The notes: generated by a model from the sequence alone, not told the origin. A stretch of DNA of 64,000 nt from Octopus vulgaris (GCA_951406725.2 OX597832.1:13268001-13332000); one strand, 5' to 3'; shown: positions 26,947 through 38,795, numbered from the stretch's first letter. A program made the numbers and translations.

Positions 26947-27212
26947 CAATTTTATTTATATTTTTTATATATTTCTTTATATTCTTTTCTAATTTTCTCT
27001 CTATATATATTTTAAATCTATGATTGTAAAAATAAATATTTTACTATTTAAGAAACCAATAAGACCCACATTTTTCAGTTTCCACGTACCAAATCTCCTC
27101 ACAAGCATTTCGTCGGCTCCAGGTTATAGTAGAAGACACCTGTCCACAGTGCTATGCACTGGGACTGAATACGGAGCCATTTGTTTAGGAAGCAGTCTTC
27201 TTACGCCCGAGC
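26588..27212 (-). mobile_element. Fragmented SINE family A pieces
   Basis: 3' part at ~26630-26885 with an internal deletion; separate 5' part at ~27070-27212. Confidence 0.75.
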
Positions 27213-28065
27213 CTTTGATAATCATAAACATTTCGTGTTTGGCCAGCCTAGTGATGCAGCTCTCTCACTATTTGGATTTACCCTCAACATTTCAAGAGAA
27301 GGAGTTATCGCCCCATAGTTATATATGAAAATGTATGACAGCAATAAGGTGTATGCATTTTAAGTCAACTTTCCCCAAATGCGACTATCAAAATACAAAT
27401 TAAGTACACCCAGCGTATCTTTGCTTGCCATTCTTAGCAGATGGAGCAAATCGATCGAGCAAACCAATTATGCTTCACATCCGTCCACCAGCCCTAACAA
27501 TTTCCACTATACAGAATATCAAACAAATATTGCCAGAAAATTTGTATCTCAAAAATAAAAACACATCTTAGCAAGACTACTACCACTGCTGCTCAAAATG
27601 GGATATGCAGAGAAGCACTTGACACGTCTGTCCGGTAAAGGATCATCGTAACATTGAGTTCTAGCCAAATAAGAAACACTCTTCCCCAGCATATTCATGA
27701 TACCAAATTACCCTATCCATGATATAAACGTATATTTATGTATATAAGCTGTGCATTAGATAACATGCAATAAATTCAAGAGATTGGTGTGACCGAAACA
27801 CGATCTGAAAATTCCATACCTGGTTTAAATAACACAAAGCTACAGAAATTCTTCCTTTAAAAAACACCTCCACATATGCTTGGTGTACAAATGTTCCTTT
27901 TGGCGAATATGAGCATATTTGTAACTTTAGAAGTGTATACTCTTTAAATAATAGAAACCAACAATCACCAAAGAATCTGATTTACAAGAACTGCTCTTTT
28001 AAACCTCTAGATTTAATTATCTTTAATCTGTTCTCGTTTTTCTCACATTTTTGGTATTTCATTAC

Positions 28066-28137
<72 letters not shown>

Positions 28138-28153
28138 GTATATATATGTATAA

Positions 28154-28241
<88 letters not shown>

Positions 28242-28377
28242 GGCTGGTGACACAAACTTTCATTCACACTTTGAATTTCGTGGTACTGGTAATGCTTTGG
28301 CTCGCTCTGACACTGAGTTGAGATGATGCCTTCTAGTATCCCAAAATTTAATATACAATTATTCATAATTGTAGTAT

Positions 28378-28469
28378 CCTACGCTGATGAGAAAAGAAGT
28401 TTGGGTAAGGTAGAATTATCTAATTCTTATGCTTTCCTAAAACTTGATTTCGAAATGTACGTCCGTAGG
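28378..28469 (+). ncRNA. Type I hammerhead ribozyme, long stem II, predicted GUC cleavage after 28463
   Basis: CCTACG CTGATGA GAAA..(AAGTTT/AAACTT, AGAATTA/TAATTCT hairpin)..TTTC GAAA TGTACG TC CGTAGG. Confidence 0.85.
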
Positions 28470-28960
28470 TGACTTAAAATTATATGATAGATTGCCGTCA
28501 TTTCATTCTCTCTTACCTGTCTGTGTTTGCCATTCAAGTGCTGTATTTTTACTGAGATCTCCATCTTAGTAGAAAGAATAGCTACAACTCTTTGACTGCT
28601 ATTTCTAAATTCGGTGTGTGGTGAGGCAATTCGTTGCTAAACCCTTAATTGCTTAGTATTACTTAAATTTTCCTCGAATGAGGCTTTTACATGCCGAAAT
28701 CTACTTGGTGTAATTAATAATTATTCCAAATTAATTAATTTCACCCTTTATTGTTACTGATAACCATATTTTATCCCAGTAAATGACCACAGCATCTTGT
28801 CTTGGCTACACGCGGGTGGAAAGGGGCTGGTGACACAAACTTTCATTCACACTTTTAATTTCGTGGTACTGGTAATGCTTTGGCTCGCTCTGACACTGAG
28901 TTGAGATGACGCCTTCTTGCATCTCAAAATTTAATATACAATTATTCATAATTGTAGTAT

Positions 28961-29052
28961 CCTACGCTGATGAGAAAAGAAGTTTGGGTAAGGTAGAATT
29001 ATCTAATTCTTATGCTTTCCTAAAACTTGATTTCGAAACGTACTACCGTAGG
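28961..29052 (+). ncRNA. Second hammerhead copy with a mutated cleavage triplet
   Basis: Identical core and stems, but GAAACGTACTAC in place of the consensus GAAACGTACGTC. Confidence 0.7.
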
Positions 29053-29244
29053 TGACTTAAAATTATATGATAGATTGCCGTCATTTCATCCTCTCTTACC
29101 TGTCTGTGTTTGCCATTCAAGTGCTGTATTTTTACTGAGATCTCCATTTTAGTAGAAAGAATAGCTATAACTCTTTGACTGCTATTTCTAAATTCGGTGT
29201 GTGGTGAGGCAATTCGTTGCTAAACCCTTAATTGCTTAGTATTA

Positions 29245-29304
<60 letters not shown>

Positions 29305-29308
<4 letters not shown>

Positions 29309-29711
29309 CGCAGGAGTGGCTGTGTGGTAAGTAGCTTGCTAACCGGTCGCATGGTTCCGGGTTCAGTCCCACTTCGTGACATCTTGGGCAAGTGTCTTCT
29401 GCTATAGCCCCGGGCCGACCAATGCCTTGTGAGTGGATTTGGTAGACGGAAACTGAAAGAAGCCTGTCGTATATATGTATATGCATGTATGTGTTTGTGT
29501 GTCTGTGTTTGTACCCCTAGCATTGCTTGACAACCGATGCTGGTGTGTTTACGTCCCTGTCACATAGCGGTTCGGCAAAAGAGACCGATAGAATAAGTAC
29601 TGGGCTTACAAAGTATAAGTCCCGTGGTCGATTTGCTCGACTAAAGGCGGTCCTCCAGCATGGCCACAGTCAAATGATTGAAACATGTAAAAGAATAAAA
29701 GAATAAAAGAA
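29305..29711 (+). mobile_element. SINE family A, full length
   Basis: AGGCGCAGGAGTGGCTGTGTGGTAAG...GGTTCAGTCCC...tail (TAAAAGAA)n. Confidence 0.9.
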
Positions 29712-29836
29712 TATATATATATATTTATATATAATTAATCAATATAGGGTGGCAAAAAACATTTTGTAGAATTCCTTTGCCACCAGCGGCCTAGTGGGAA
29801 AAAATTAAATAGTCATAGACCATTTTTAAGTTCAAC

Positions 29837-30218
29837 ATCAACAATCAAGGAACGGCCATAATAGGCCATTCACCCACTAGAAATAACAGCCAAAGCTTCA
29901 ACCGCAAATAAAAATTAATTCCGTAAACCAGGAGAAAATTTAAAAAATTTAAAAAATTTAAAAAATTTAAAAAATTTAAAAAATTTAAAAAATTTAAAAA
30001 AATTTTAAAAATTTAAAAAATTTAAAAAATTTAAAAAATTTAAAAAACCAGGAGAAAATTTAAAAAATTAAAAAAAAACAAGGAAAAAATTTAAAAAAAG
30101 GTAAATGTTTTTTAAATTTTCTCCTGGTTTACGGAATTAATTTTTATTTGCGGTTGAAGCTTTGGCTGTTATTTCTAGTGGGTGAATGGCCTATTATGGC
30201 CGTTCCTTGATTGTTGAT
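29837..30218. repeat. 111-bp inverted repeat around a 9-bp minisatellite (TTTAAAAAA)n, part of a (TA)n-embedded element ~29730-30218
   Basis: 29837-29947 is the reverse complement of 30108-30218. Confidence 0.9.
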
Positions 30219-30877
30219 ATATATTTATATATATATACATATTTACTTCACTACGGCAAGTTTTATGATGCTCCACACGCATTGAGGGATATTGCAGTTT
30301 GATGGATTATGTGTTAGACTTTAGGTTGTGAATTACGCATATTGTAGTGAGAGGATATGTTCGGTATGACCATTTTGTTGATGCCAACTCAAAAATGATT
30401 TTACAGCATCAGCTTTGGTTACTCCACATAAATACGGCAGTAACTGATGTGTCGTTACTCCATTGAAGGATGGCTGACCACTAACTTATGCCGAAACCTG
30501 ACCATTAACCTCCCATATCCACTACGTGCAGTATCCAATCAAAGGAATTTATGTCACTAGTATACGATGTCGCAGCTCTCCGCCAAAGAAGGGCGAGCAC
30601 TCAGCCATTAACCTCTCCGGAAACGGTTCATAGGAAATAAAAAAAAAAATAGAAAAAAACTGCTGGTGTCTTCGTGACAGTATTCATACTACATGAACTG
30701 AAGTGACCAACGGAAACCTAATAAGTAACTGGAATTCTCCTCAACCATTTCCATACTTATTACATCTGAGGTGATAGTTGTGTATTGGTAGGAAAGAAAT
30801 CAAATTCATATTATAAGCAACCATAAAAACATTTTAACTGCCTCCTTAACTGAATGTCTAAATGTGTCTCTCTCCCA

Positions 30878-30887
30878 ATCTATCTAA

Positions 30888-30970
<83 letters not shown>

Positions 30971-30995
30971 ATTATCTATATCTATTTATCTATAT
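30878..30995. repeat. (TATC)n microsatellite
   Basis: Read directly from the sequence. Confidence 0.95.
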
Positions 30996-31590
30996 ATATA
31001 TATATATCTATATATGTATATATACAGAGATAGATAGATATACATACATATATATGTATATAGGTGTGTGCGTACGTGTGTGTGTACGTGTGCATTTAAG
31101 ATTATATATGTGCATATATGTTCTATATGGAAATATTGACAATTTTCTCTTCTAAATCATTTCTTTTCTAAGACTCAACCCATTTTATTCCTGAATATCA
31201 TTTACCAAAGTACGTGACTGGCGAATAAACATTTGAACCGCAATTATTTTGAAGAACCACTGGAGATTATATATAGGTCAACATATAGCATATGAATGCG
31301 ATTTGCGAAATATTTTCCCCTTATTAAAGATGGAAGAAAAAAGCAGCAATTACAAAGGCAAATAGTTATGGCTCTGCATCGATATATATTATATACATAT
31401 ACATACATATACATCCACGTACATGCGCACACGAACCCAATTAAATAAGCATATACACATTAACACACATATATGCATACGTTTGTGTGTGTGTATATGT
31501 ATATACATATAGATATGATCATGCATGTATTATACATAGTATGCATATATATGCACATATAGATACGATAATCTACTTATACACAAATAG

Positions 31591-31626
<36 letters not shown>

Positions 31627-32579
31627 GTATAGACATATAAATATATAGACATATATATATACTTATATATATACACATACATATACACATACATATATAT
31701 ATATATACACACACACATATATATATATATGTGTATGTGTGTGTGTGGGTGTGTATATAAATATACACATAATTACATATGCACATACATGCAATCTGTC
31801 CTTCGCTTTGTAACATCGAAACAGCCGAAATACGTATGTGTATCTTTTCTGTGCCTTTAAAACTAGTCCTTCTCCATCATTATTGAGCATATAAATTGGT
31901 ATTATAATTTTCTTAAGAGAGAAATATTGCAACCGGTGCTCTGTCACATTATTATTAAATATATATATCTCGTGTAGATGTTGTTATATGTAATACGATA
32001 TGCCATAAGCCTGCAATACAATTTCGACAATCCCGATAAATTATAGGAATTCTAATAAACTACAAGCTAATATATACGGTAAAAGGTACTGTAAACCTCG
32101 AAGATATTCTGGTAATATATAACAATTCGAAGTGATTCTGTTAATATGTGACAAATTTCAAATTCTTGCTTGTTATTCCCTTTTTGCCAACGTATCAAAT
32201 TATCTTACAAAAAGTTAGCTTTGTTAAAGAATTGTAACCATTCCTGCTTTATTTCTGACAATATTGTTTCTCCCTCCCTTTGGGCTATCGGATATCCTAT
32301 AAAGAGTTATATATCTTCACACAACGGTAGGAAGTAGTTCTACGGTATTTCTTGACTTATTGCTTTCGCTTTATTGTAATTTTCAGACAAATTTTACCTT
32401 CTAAACGTACAAAAGAAATTATTATTTTAAGTAAATCCATGTAAATAGCAATTAGTAATATTAGAATGGTAATATGGTATAATATGACATGTACATTAGG
32501 CTACATGCATATACTTCAATATCAGTAACGATTATGCGAGAATATAAAGCGAATAGACTGACGGAAGTAAAAAACTGTG

Positions 32580-32624
<45 letters not shown>

Positions 32625-32726
32625 ATAAAACGGTAAGATAACAAAAGAAAGAAAGAGACCTCAATATTATGTAAATAGAGGAAATTTATCTATACAATAT
32701 GTTACATTACTCGGTAGTAATGTAAC

Positions 32727-32791
<65 letters not shown>

Positions 32792-32823
32792 TTTATTTAA
32801 AAGCAGCTGAAATATAACAAAAG

Positions 32824-32861
32824 CTGTTACTCGGAGTTTCACATTTCCGTTCGTCGGACAG
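32824..32861 (-). ncRNA. Minimal type I hammerhead, U4C core variant (inverted copy)
   Basis: Minus strand: CTGT CCGACGA ACG GAAA TGT GAAA CTCCGAG TA ACAG. Confidence 0.65.
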
Positions 32862-32878
32862 TTTTATTTTTAACAAAA

Positions 32879-32916
32879 CCGTCCGACGAACGGGAACGTG
32901 AAACTCCGAGTAACAG
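32879..32916 (+). ncRNA. Minimal type I hammerhead, U4C core variant
   Basis: CCGT CCGACGA ACG GGAA CGT GAAA CTC C GAG TA ACAG; lies within the inverted repeat 32791-32949. Confidence 0.65.
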
Positions 32917-33042
32917 CTTTTGTTATATCTATGCTGCTTTTAAATAAAGCATATTGCTCTGCCTGTGGAATTTGAGTATTCTTTTTTCCACCTTGTTTCA
33001 CATTTATGTGCTTACACCGGTATATATATATATATATATATA

Positions 33043-33078
33043 TTGAAAAAGGGCAAATACCCTGAAACATGTCAGCAG
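33043..33078 (+). ncRNA. Degenerate, 5'-truncated hammerhead
   Basis: TTGAAAA (vs CTGAAGA) AGGG CAAATA CCCT GAAA CATG TC; the 5' strand of stem I is replaced by (TA)n. Confidence 0.45.
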
Positions 33079-33308
33079 ATGTCTGACCAGCAACGGGAAG
33101 CGGCTGACCTCCACTGTTCGGAGGTTATAATGGACACAATTTCGTGTGTCATATAGCTAGCTAGAGGCGATAGCCTGTTGGAGCTAATCAACGGTAGCTT
33201 ATGCCTTATATTTATGGACTTCCATATTAGCTTGGCGATAACTATATATATATATATATATATACATGTATGCATACATACATACAAACATGCATAATAC
33301 ATACATAT

Positions 33309-33679
33309 TTAAGTGGCACTCTATCGGTTACAACAACGCGTGTTCCAGTTGATCTGATCAACAGAACAGTCTGCTCATGAAATTAACGTGTAAGTGGCTG
33401 AGCACTCCATAGACACGTGTGCTCCTAACTTAATTCTCAGGGAGATTCAGCGTGACACATAGTATGACAAGCTGGCCCTTTGAAATACATGTACAACAGA
33501 AAGTGGAATAAAGTGTGAGAGAAAGTTGTGGTGAAAGGTTCACCCCAGCTGCCAGAGCCTCGTGGAAGTTTAGGTATTTTTCGCTCAACAAACACTCACA
33601 AGGCCCTGTCTGTTAATCGAAATCGCGATTCTAAGACCGCAAATCTGCTGCCCTAACCACTGGGCAATTTCGCCTCCAC
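33309..33679 (-). mobile_element. tRNA-derived SINE sharing the family C tail but with a different body
   Basis: Tail homologous to ~1890-2060; head GTGGAGGCGAAATTGCCCAGTGGTTAGG; TSD ACATACATAT (33299-33308, 33680-33689). Confidence 0.8.
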
Positions 33680-33957
33680 ACATACATATACAGAGAATAC
33701 AAGAATAGTGAGAGTTTGACGATCAAATTTACACTGTAATGACTTATTCACCAAATGTATTGTTTATTGAGAGATAATATTCATGATATATGTTTAACAC
33801 ATTGGAGGCTAAAGTAAAAGAGAGAGGTGTTGTTTTCTGCCCACATCTTGTTATTATCACACAGTTTTCGGTTGAGTATAATCATTCGTAGTCCATTTTA
33901 TGCATATTGTAATATATCATGTGACGGACTGAATATCAGCGATATTAAGACCTTGTA

Positions 33958-34547
33958 AGACGGCGAACTGGCAGAAACGTTAGCACGCCGGGCGAAATGC
34001 TTAGTAGTATTTCGTTTGCCGCTACGCTCTGAGTTCAAATTCCGCCGAGGTCGACTTTGCTTTCATCCTTTCGGGGTCGATAAATTAAGTACCAGTTACG
34101 ATATAATCGACTTAATCTCTTTGTCTGTCCTTGTTTGTCCCCTCTGTGTTTATCCGCTTGTGGGTAGTAAAAGAAATAGGTATTTCGTTTGCCGCTACAT
34201 TCTGAGTTCAAATTCTGCCGAAGTCGATTTTGCATTTCATCCTTTCGGGGTCGATAAATTAAGTACCAGTTACGCACTGGGGTCGATGTAATCGACTTAA
34301 TCCCTTTGTCTGTCCTTGTTTTTCCCCTCTGTGTTTATCCCCTTGTGGGTAGTAAAAGAAATAGATATTTCGTCTGCCGCTACGTTCTGAGTTCAAATTC
34401 CGCTGAGGTCGACTTTGCCATTCATCCTTTCGGGGTCGATAAATTAAGTACCAGTTACTCACTGGGGTCGATGTAATCGACTTAATCAGTTTGTCTATCC
34501 TTGTTTGTCCTCTCTGTGTTTAGCCTCTTGTGGGTAATAAAGAAATA
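33958..34547 (+). mobile_element. SINE family B trimer within one 17-bp TSD
   Basis: Units start at 34007, 34180 and 34365; GATATTAAGACCTTGTA at 33941-33957 and 34548-34564. Confidence 0.9.
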
Positions 34548-35209
34548 GATATTAAGACCTTGTACTGATGCATATCATATTTTCAACTGTTGAAATTTTG
34601 GAATACATTATGCAACACATATTGTCATTCGTTTTTACAAGGTATGTCATTCAAAATATATATGAATGACATTTATCTCCAATCAAACGCTCACGTTACA
34701 ACCAGCTAGTTTGCATATATAATTAAGCACGCAATGACAGGCAAATTATCTGAGCAGGTAACTCGCATGGAAAATAATTAGTTAATGCTAACAAATTCAA
34801 ATCATTCAGTAAAGCAAATGTAATTGAACAAATCTATTTCTACTGTGAGAAGAGGATTACATTAACCCAATCGTTCAACCTGAATCAGGTCAGGTTGAGG
34901 ACACAACTCTATAATGTCAATTAATTATAATTAGAATTACGCATGCAGTTCAGAGAAGGACGTAACACCACATGTTTTGGTATTTAGTGTTCCCAACAGC
35001 AAGTGAGGAAAACAATTTATTACAATTACATAGTAAGATTATGCAGTATCAAAATCTCCTGTGAGAGCAATTCTAAACTTGCCATTCTTTCTATTATTCC
35101 ACGCTTATATGTCTCCACCCATCTCTATGCATCTATCTCTCTGGCTATGTAACTCCCTCCCTCGCTGTCTCCTTCTCTCTCTTTTTCCTATATATATACA
35201 CACATATAT

Positions 35210-35268
<59 letters not shown>

Positions 35269-35278
35269 CATACATACG

Positions 35279-35319
<41 letters not shown>

Positions 35320-35399
35320 TTTATACTTATGTATATATATATATATATATAATGATGTCATCATTCAGTGAAAACATATCTTGATTCGAACGAATAAAT

Positions 35400-36065
35400 A
35401 GACTGTTATTTCGAAGAAAAACAGAGATGTCTAATAATTTGAAACGCACTGTATTAGCAAATTGACAATATGTGCGGGCGGGTAACCAGATGGATGTTGA
35501 GATCATGCCGAAAAAGAAAGAAGGTTACCATGTTACTCCAATGGAGAAACTTCGTTTTCAGTTGTCTAGGTTACTGTTCCCGCAATGTGTCAAAATGGTC
35601 GTGGAACGTGAGACAATTCAGCGTCACTACACAAAGAAGATTGATTCGATCCAAGAGTAGAGCTACTGGGAGAGTTTAAAGGAAGTAAATCTCTATGCTC
35701 TAGAGAGAAGGGTTGAAAGATATACAGTGGTATACATATCGAAGATTCTCTTTATAATTTTGGACGATACTATGTGTCTAAGCTCCTGCCTTTTGCATCT
35801 AGAATGAGGAAACACTAATGTAACAGATTGAGTTTCTTACGTCCACAATTCTCACTACTCTGCTAAACAACTTCAGATATTTGCATGGTGTAGATGCAGA
35901 TGTCTTCAAAAGAATATCTGCATAAATTTCTATCTCAGATAACAGATCAACCCATACGCGGTAGAGGCACACAGTAAAACAAATCTGTCTAAGTTGTTAC
36001 TTCATGAGAAACAATACAGAAAAGAAATCCAATCACGTATGGCCTCAGCTTATTGATGAAACTAT
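35400..36065 (+). pseudogene. CR1-like LINE 3' end (RT C-terminus)
   Basis: MLLQWRNFVFSCLGYCS..ETIQRHYTKKIDSIQE*SYWESLKEVNLYALERRVERYTVVYISKIL. Confidence 0.75.
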
Positions 36066-36980
36066 ATCACTCTCAATGCAAAGGTTTCAATGAGGAAAGG
36101 CTATCATCTGAATCTTCAATATTTCAAATGTTTACTTAAATTCCGGTTTAATTTTTGTTGATGCTGGTGGTTTAAAGCTCACAGTGATCTGTAAATGTTC
36201 AGCTTTCTTACGATGTAAGTAAAAGGCTCGCGATATTTGCTTATAGAAGTGTGTTAATAAAGACATGACTGAATGTCTGGTGACATATACTGGATATGTT
36301 TATCATAATTGTAACATAGTTTAATGGTGCTTAGAATTTTCATAGCTTCCGACGTTTTGACCATTGTATTTTCAACGTACGTATATTGTTTTCATTTGTT
36401 ATCGAACCAATTGTTTTCTCAAGACAATATTTTTGTTATATTTGAGAATTGTGTTCTCTATTATTGTTATGACAGAGAGAAAGAGAGAGAGAGAGAGAGA
36501 CTGTGTATGTGTGTGTGAAAGGGAGATAGAGAGAGAAAGAGGAAGAAGAGACGGAGTGAGAGAGTGCAGCTTTAATAAGCGTGTTTTTTCAAGAACCTAA
36601 AATTGATACATGTTTAATAATGCATTTTGAAATGTTGACATCGAAGCCAAGAATCCTCTAAACAGTTATGAATAACAATATTTGTTATTTCTATTTGAAT
36701 GTCGCATCAAGTAAATCCTTATCAGTGTCAAATATTTGATCTTCATTTGGTGTTTACTAATTGATTTGCTTTCTTTTACATTCTTCACATTTTCTTGTCT
36801 GAAATTACAAGGAAACAAACAAACATAGCTTTGTATTTGTTAAATGTAAAAGTAAAAATAATAATAGCTGGATATAATCGCAAATAGAATATAATAATGG
36901 ATGTAAGTTGTTCTTGCACCGAGATTTCCCGGCTTGTGTCTAAAGGTTTGTATTTGATTTTATTTTGGGCGCTGATTCTA

Positions 36981-37539
36981 TTGGGTTGTTCGGAAAGTCA
37001 GTGCCGATTTATAGTAACTTATCTTTCGAATTATTTTACAACATGGTCGAGACCATAAAATAGGACTTGACTACACCTCCATTTACAGCACAGTTTAAGC
37101 TATCATTTCGTAGAAGGTTTATGATCTTGTAATCTGTGTTAATTCTGTAACCCTTAAAAGTGGAAGATAAGAAAGTTCATGTTCGACACTTGATGCTTTG
37201 GGAACCAGGCAAAAATTGTTGCAGCTCGGCTGGAATGTGTTACCCCACCCTCCATATTCACCAGATATTGCTTATTCGGATTTCCACCTATACATGTCTC
37301 TGCAGAATAGTCTTAATGTTTATAATTTCAATACCCTGGATTATGTAAAAAGATACCTTGATGAATTCTTTGCCATGAAACCACCTCAATTCTGGGAAGA
37401 GGGTATTTTCAAGTTAAAGGAAAGATGGAGACGCATTGTGCAACAAAATAGTTCATATTTCGTTGATTCAAAATGTAATATTATTAATTGACCTTTTTCT
37501 TCCCTTTAAAAATCAGCATGAACTTTCCGGACAATCCAA
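36981..37539 (+). mobile_element. Internally deleted mariner element
   Basis: TIRs TTGGGTTGTTCGGAAAGT / ACTTTCCGGACAATCCAA, TA flanks; transposase N-terminus VEDKKVHVRHLMLWE joined to C-terminus LGWNVLPHPPYSPDIAYSDFHL. Confidence 0.9.
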
Positions 37540-38123
37540 TAATAATGCAATATTGCCGCTCTACCAACCGACCTTATATAGACTGAGATTGCAAGCAACA
37601 AAAATAGCTGCAGGTCTTTAGAACAAGCTTACATGTCTTCGGTCGGTAATTGTTGTTGGCATTCACTTTGAATACTTTAATCCTCCTTTGGGTACTTTCG
37701 ATGAGTCTAAGCTGATGCAGTAATTTCAAATAATATCCGTTTAATTATATTACCCGTATTGTCAGAAATCCTGCAGGATATTGTTGTGTGTTCTACTATC
37801 ATTTCTTACTAAACCATAATATTAACTATAAATAAGGGTTACTCCCTAAGGAATCTGTTGATATTTTTATTATAATTTCCGGAATATCAACGCATGAGTA
37901 ACAGGATTACAACAAATAACACAGGACCAACAGAAAATTGTTTCTAAAGATTTGCATGCGTTGCATGTAAATGGCTACCTCGATATTTCATAATTATCAG
38001 AAATTTAACCAATTTCATATTGTATTTCTAAGTAAAATACGCTACAGCGTGTTGCAAATAACTTCTCAAAGAACCTTCCAATTTGTCACATTTTAGAATA
38101 ACAACAGTTATATTAGTGGCTAA

Positions 38124-38445
38124 TAGTCGTAGGATTGGCTGTGTGGTAAGTAGCTTGATTACGAACCGCATGGTTCTGGTTTCAGTCTCACTGCGTGGAA
38201 CCTTGGGCAAGTATCTTCTACTAGAGCGTAGGGCCGACCGAAACTTTGTGAGTGGATTTGGTAGACGGAAATAGAGATCCCGTCGTATATATATATATAT
38301 GCATGTGTGTGTGTATATGTTTGTGTGTCTGTGCTTATCCTCTCAACATCGCTTGACAGTGGTGGTGTGTTTACGTCCCCCATAACTTAGCGGATATAAT
38401 AAGTACTTGGCTTACAAAGAATAAGTCCTGGAGTCGATTTCCTCG
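38124..38445 (+). mobile_element. SINE family A, 3'-truncated
   Basis: Head, body and internal microsatellite match the family. Confidence 0.85.
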
Positions 38446-38620
38446 GCGCATTTGAACGAGACACCTACAATACTCCTTGTAACACCAAAAAGGAACTGAA
38501 GGCTACTTAAAGAGTTGCAGTAGATTCCGAAGTCGTCTGGAGGCCGAGATTGAAGCCGATGGCGATTTTCTTGATTAAATTTACACTTTAGTATTTTAAG
38601 ATATTTTTATGTAATTCAGA
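38446..38620 (+). pseudogene. Tc1/mariner-superfamily transposase C-terminal remnant
   Basis: GAFERDTYNTPCNTKKELKA...CSRFRSRLEAEIEADGDFLD*. Confidence 0.65.
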
Positions 38621-38677
38621 CGGCAGTTTGTTCACTGCACGCTGTATATATATATATATAAATATATATATATATAA

Positions 38678-38795
<118 letters not shown>

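Larger units (their letters stand above)
28238..29248 (+). mobile_element. HHR-bearing tandem repeat (583-bp period, ~1.7 units) embedded in (TA)n; PLE pLTR or retrozyme-like
   Basis: 28238-28665 is repeated at 28821-29248 with few substitutions; (TA)n on both sides. Confidence 0.85.

Noticed and set aside
27400-27960. Possible decayed RTE LINE (also 11800-12450)
   Set aside because: Motifs are too eroded to call without a homology search.
30460-30510. TTGAAGGA TGGC..GCC GAAA hammerhead-like motif
   Set aside because: The core is non-canonical, with no stem III/NUH and no stem I.
33958-34547. CRISPR-like regular array (also 21142-21215)
   Set aside because: Units are whole-length SINE repeats without unique spacers; eukaryotic context and no cas genes.
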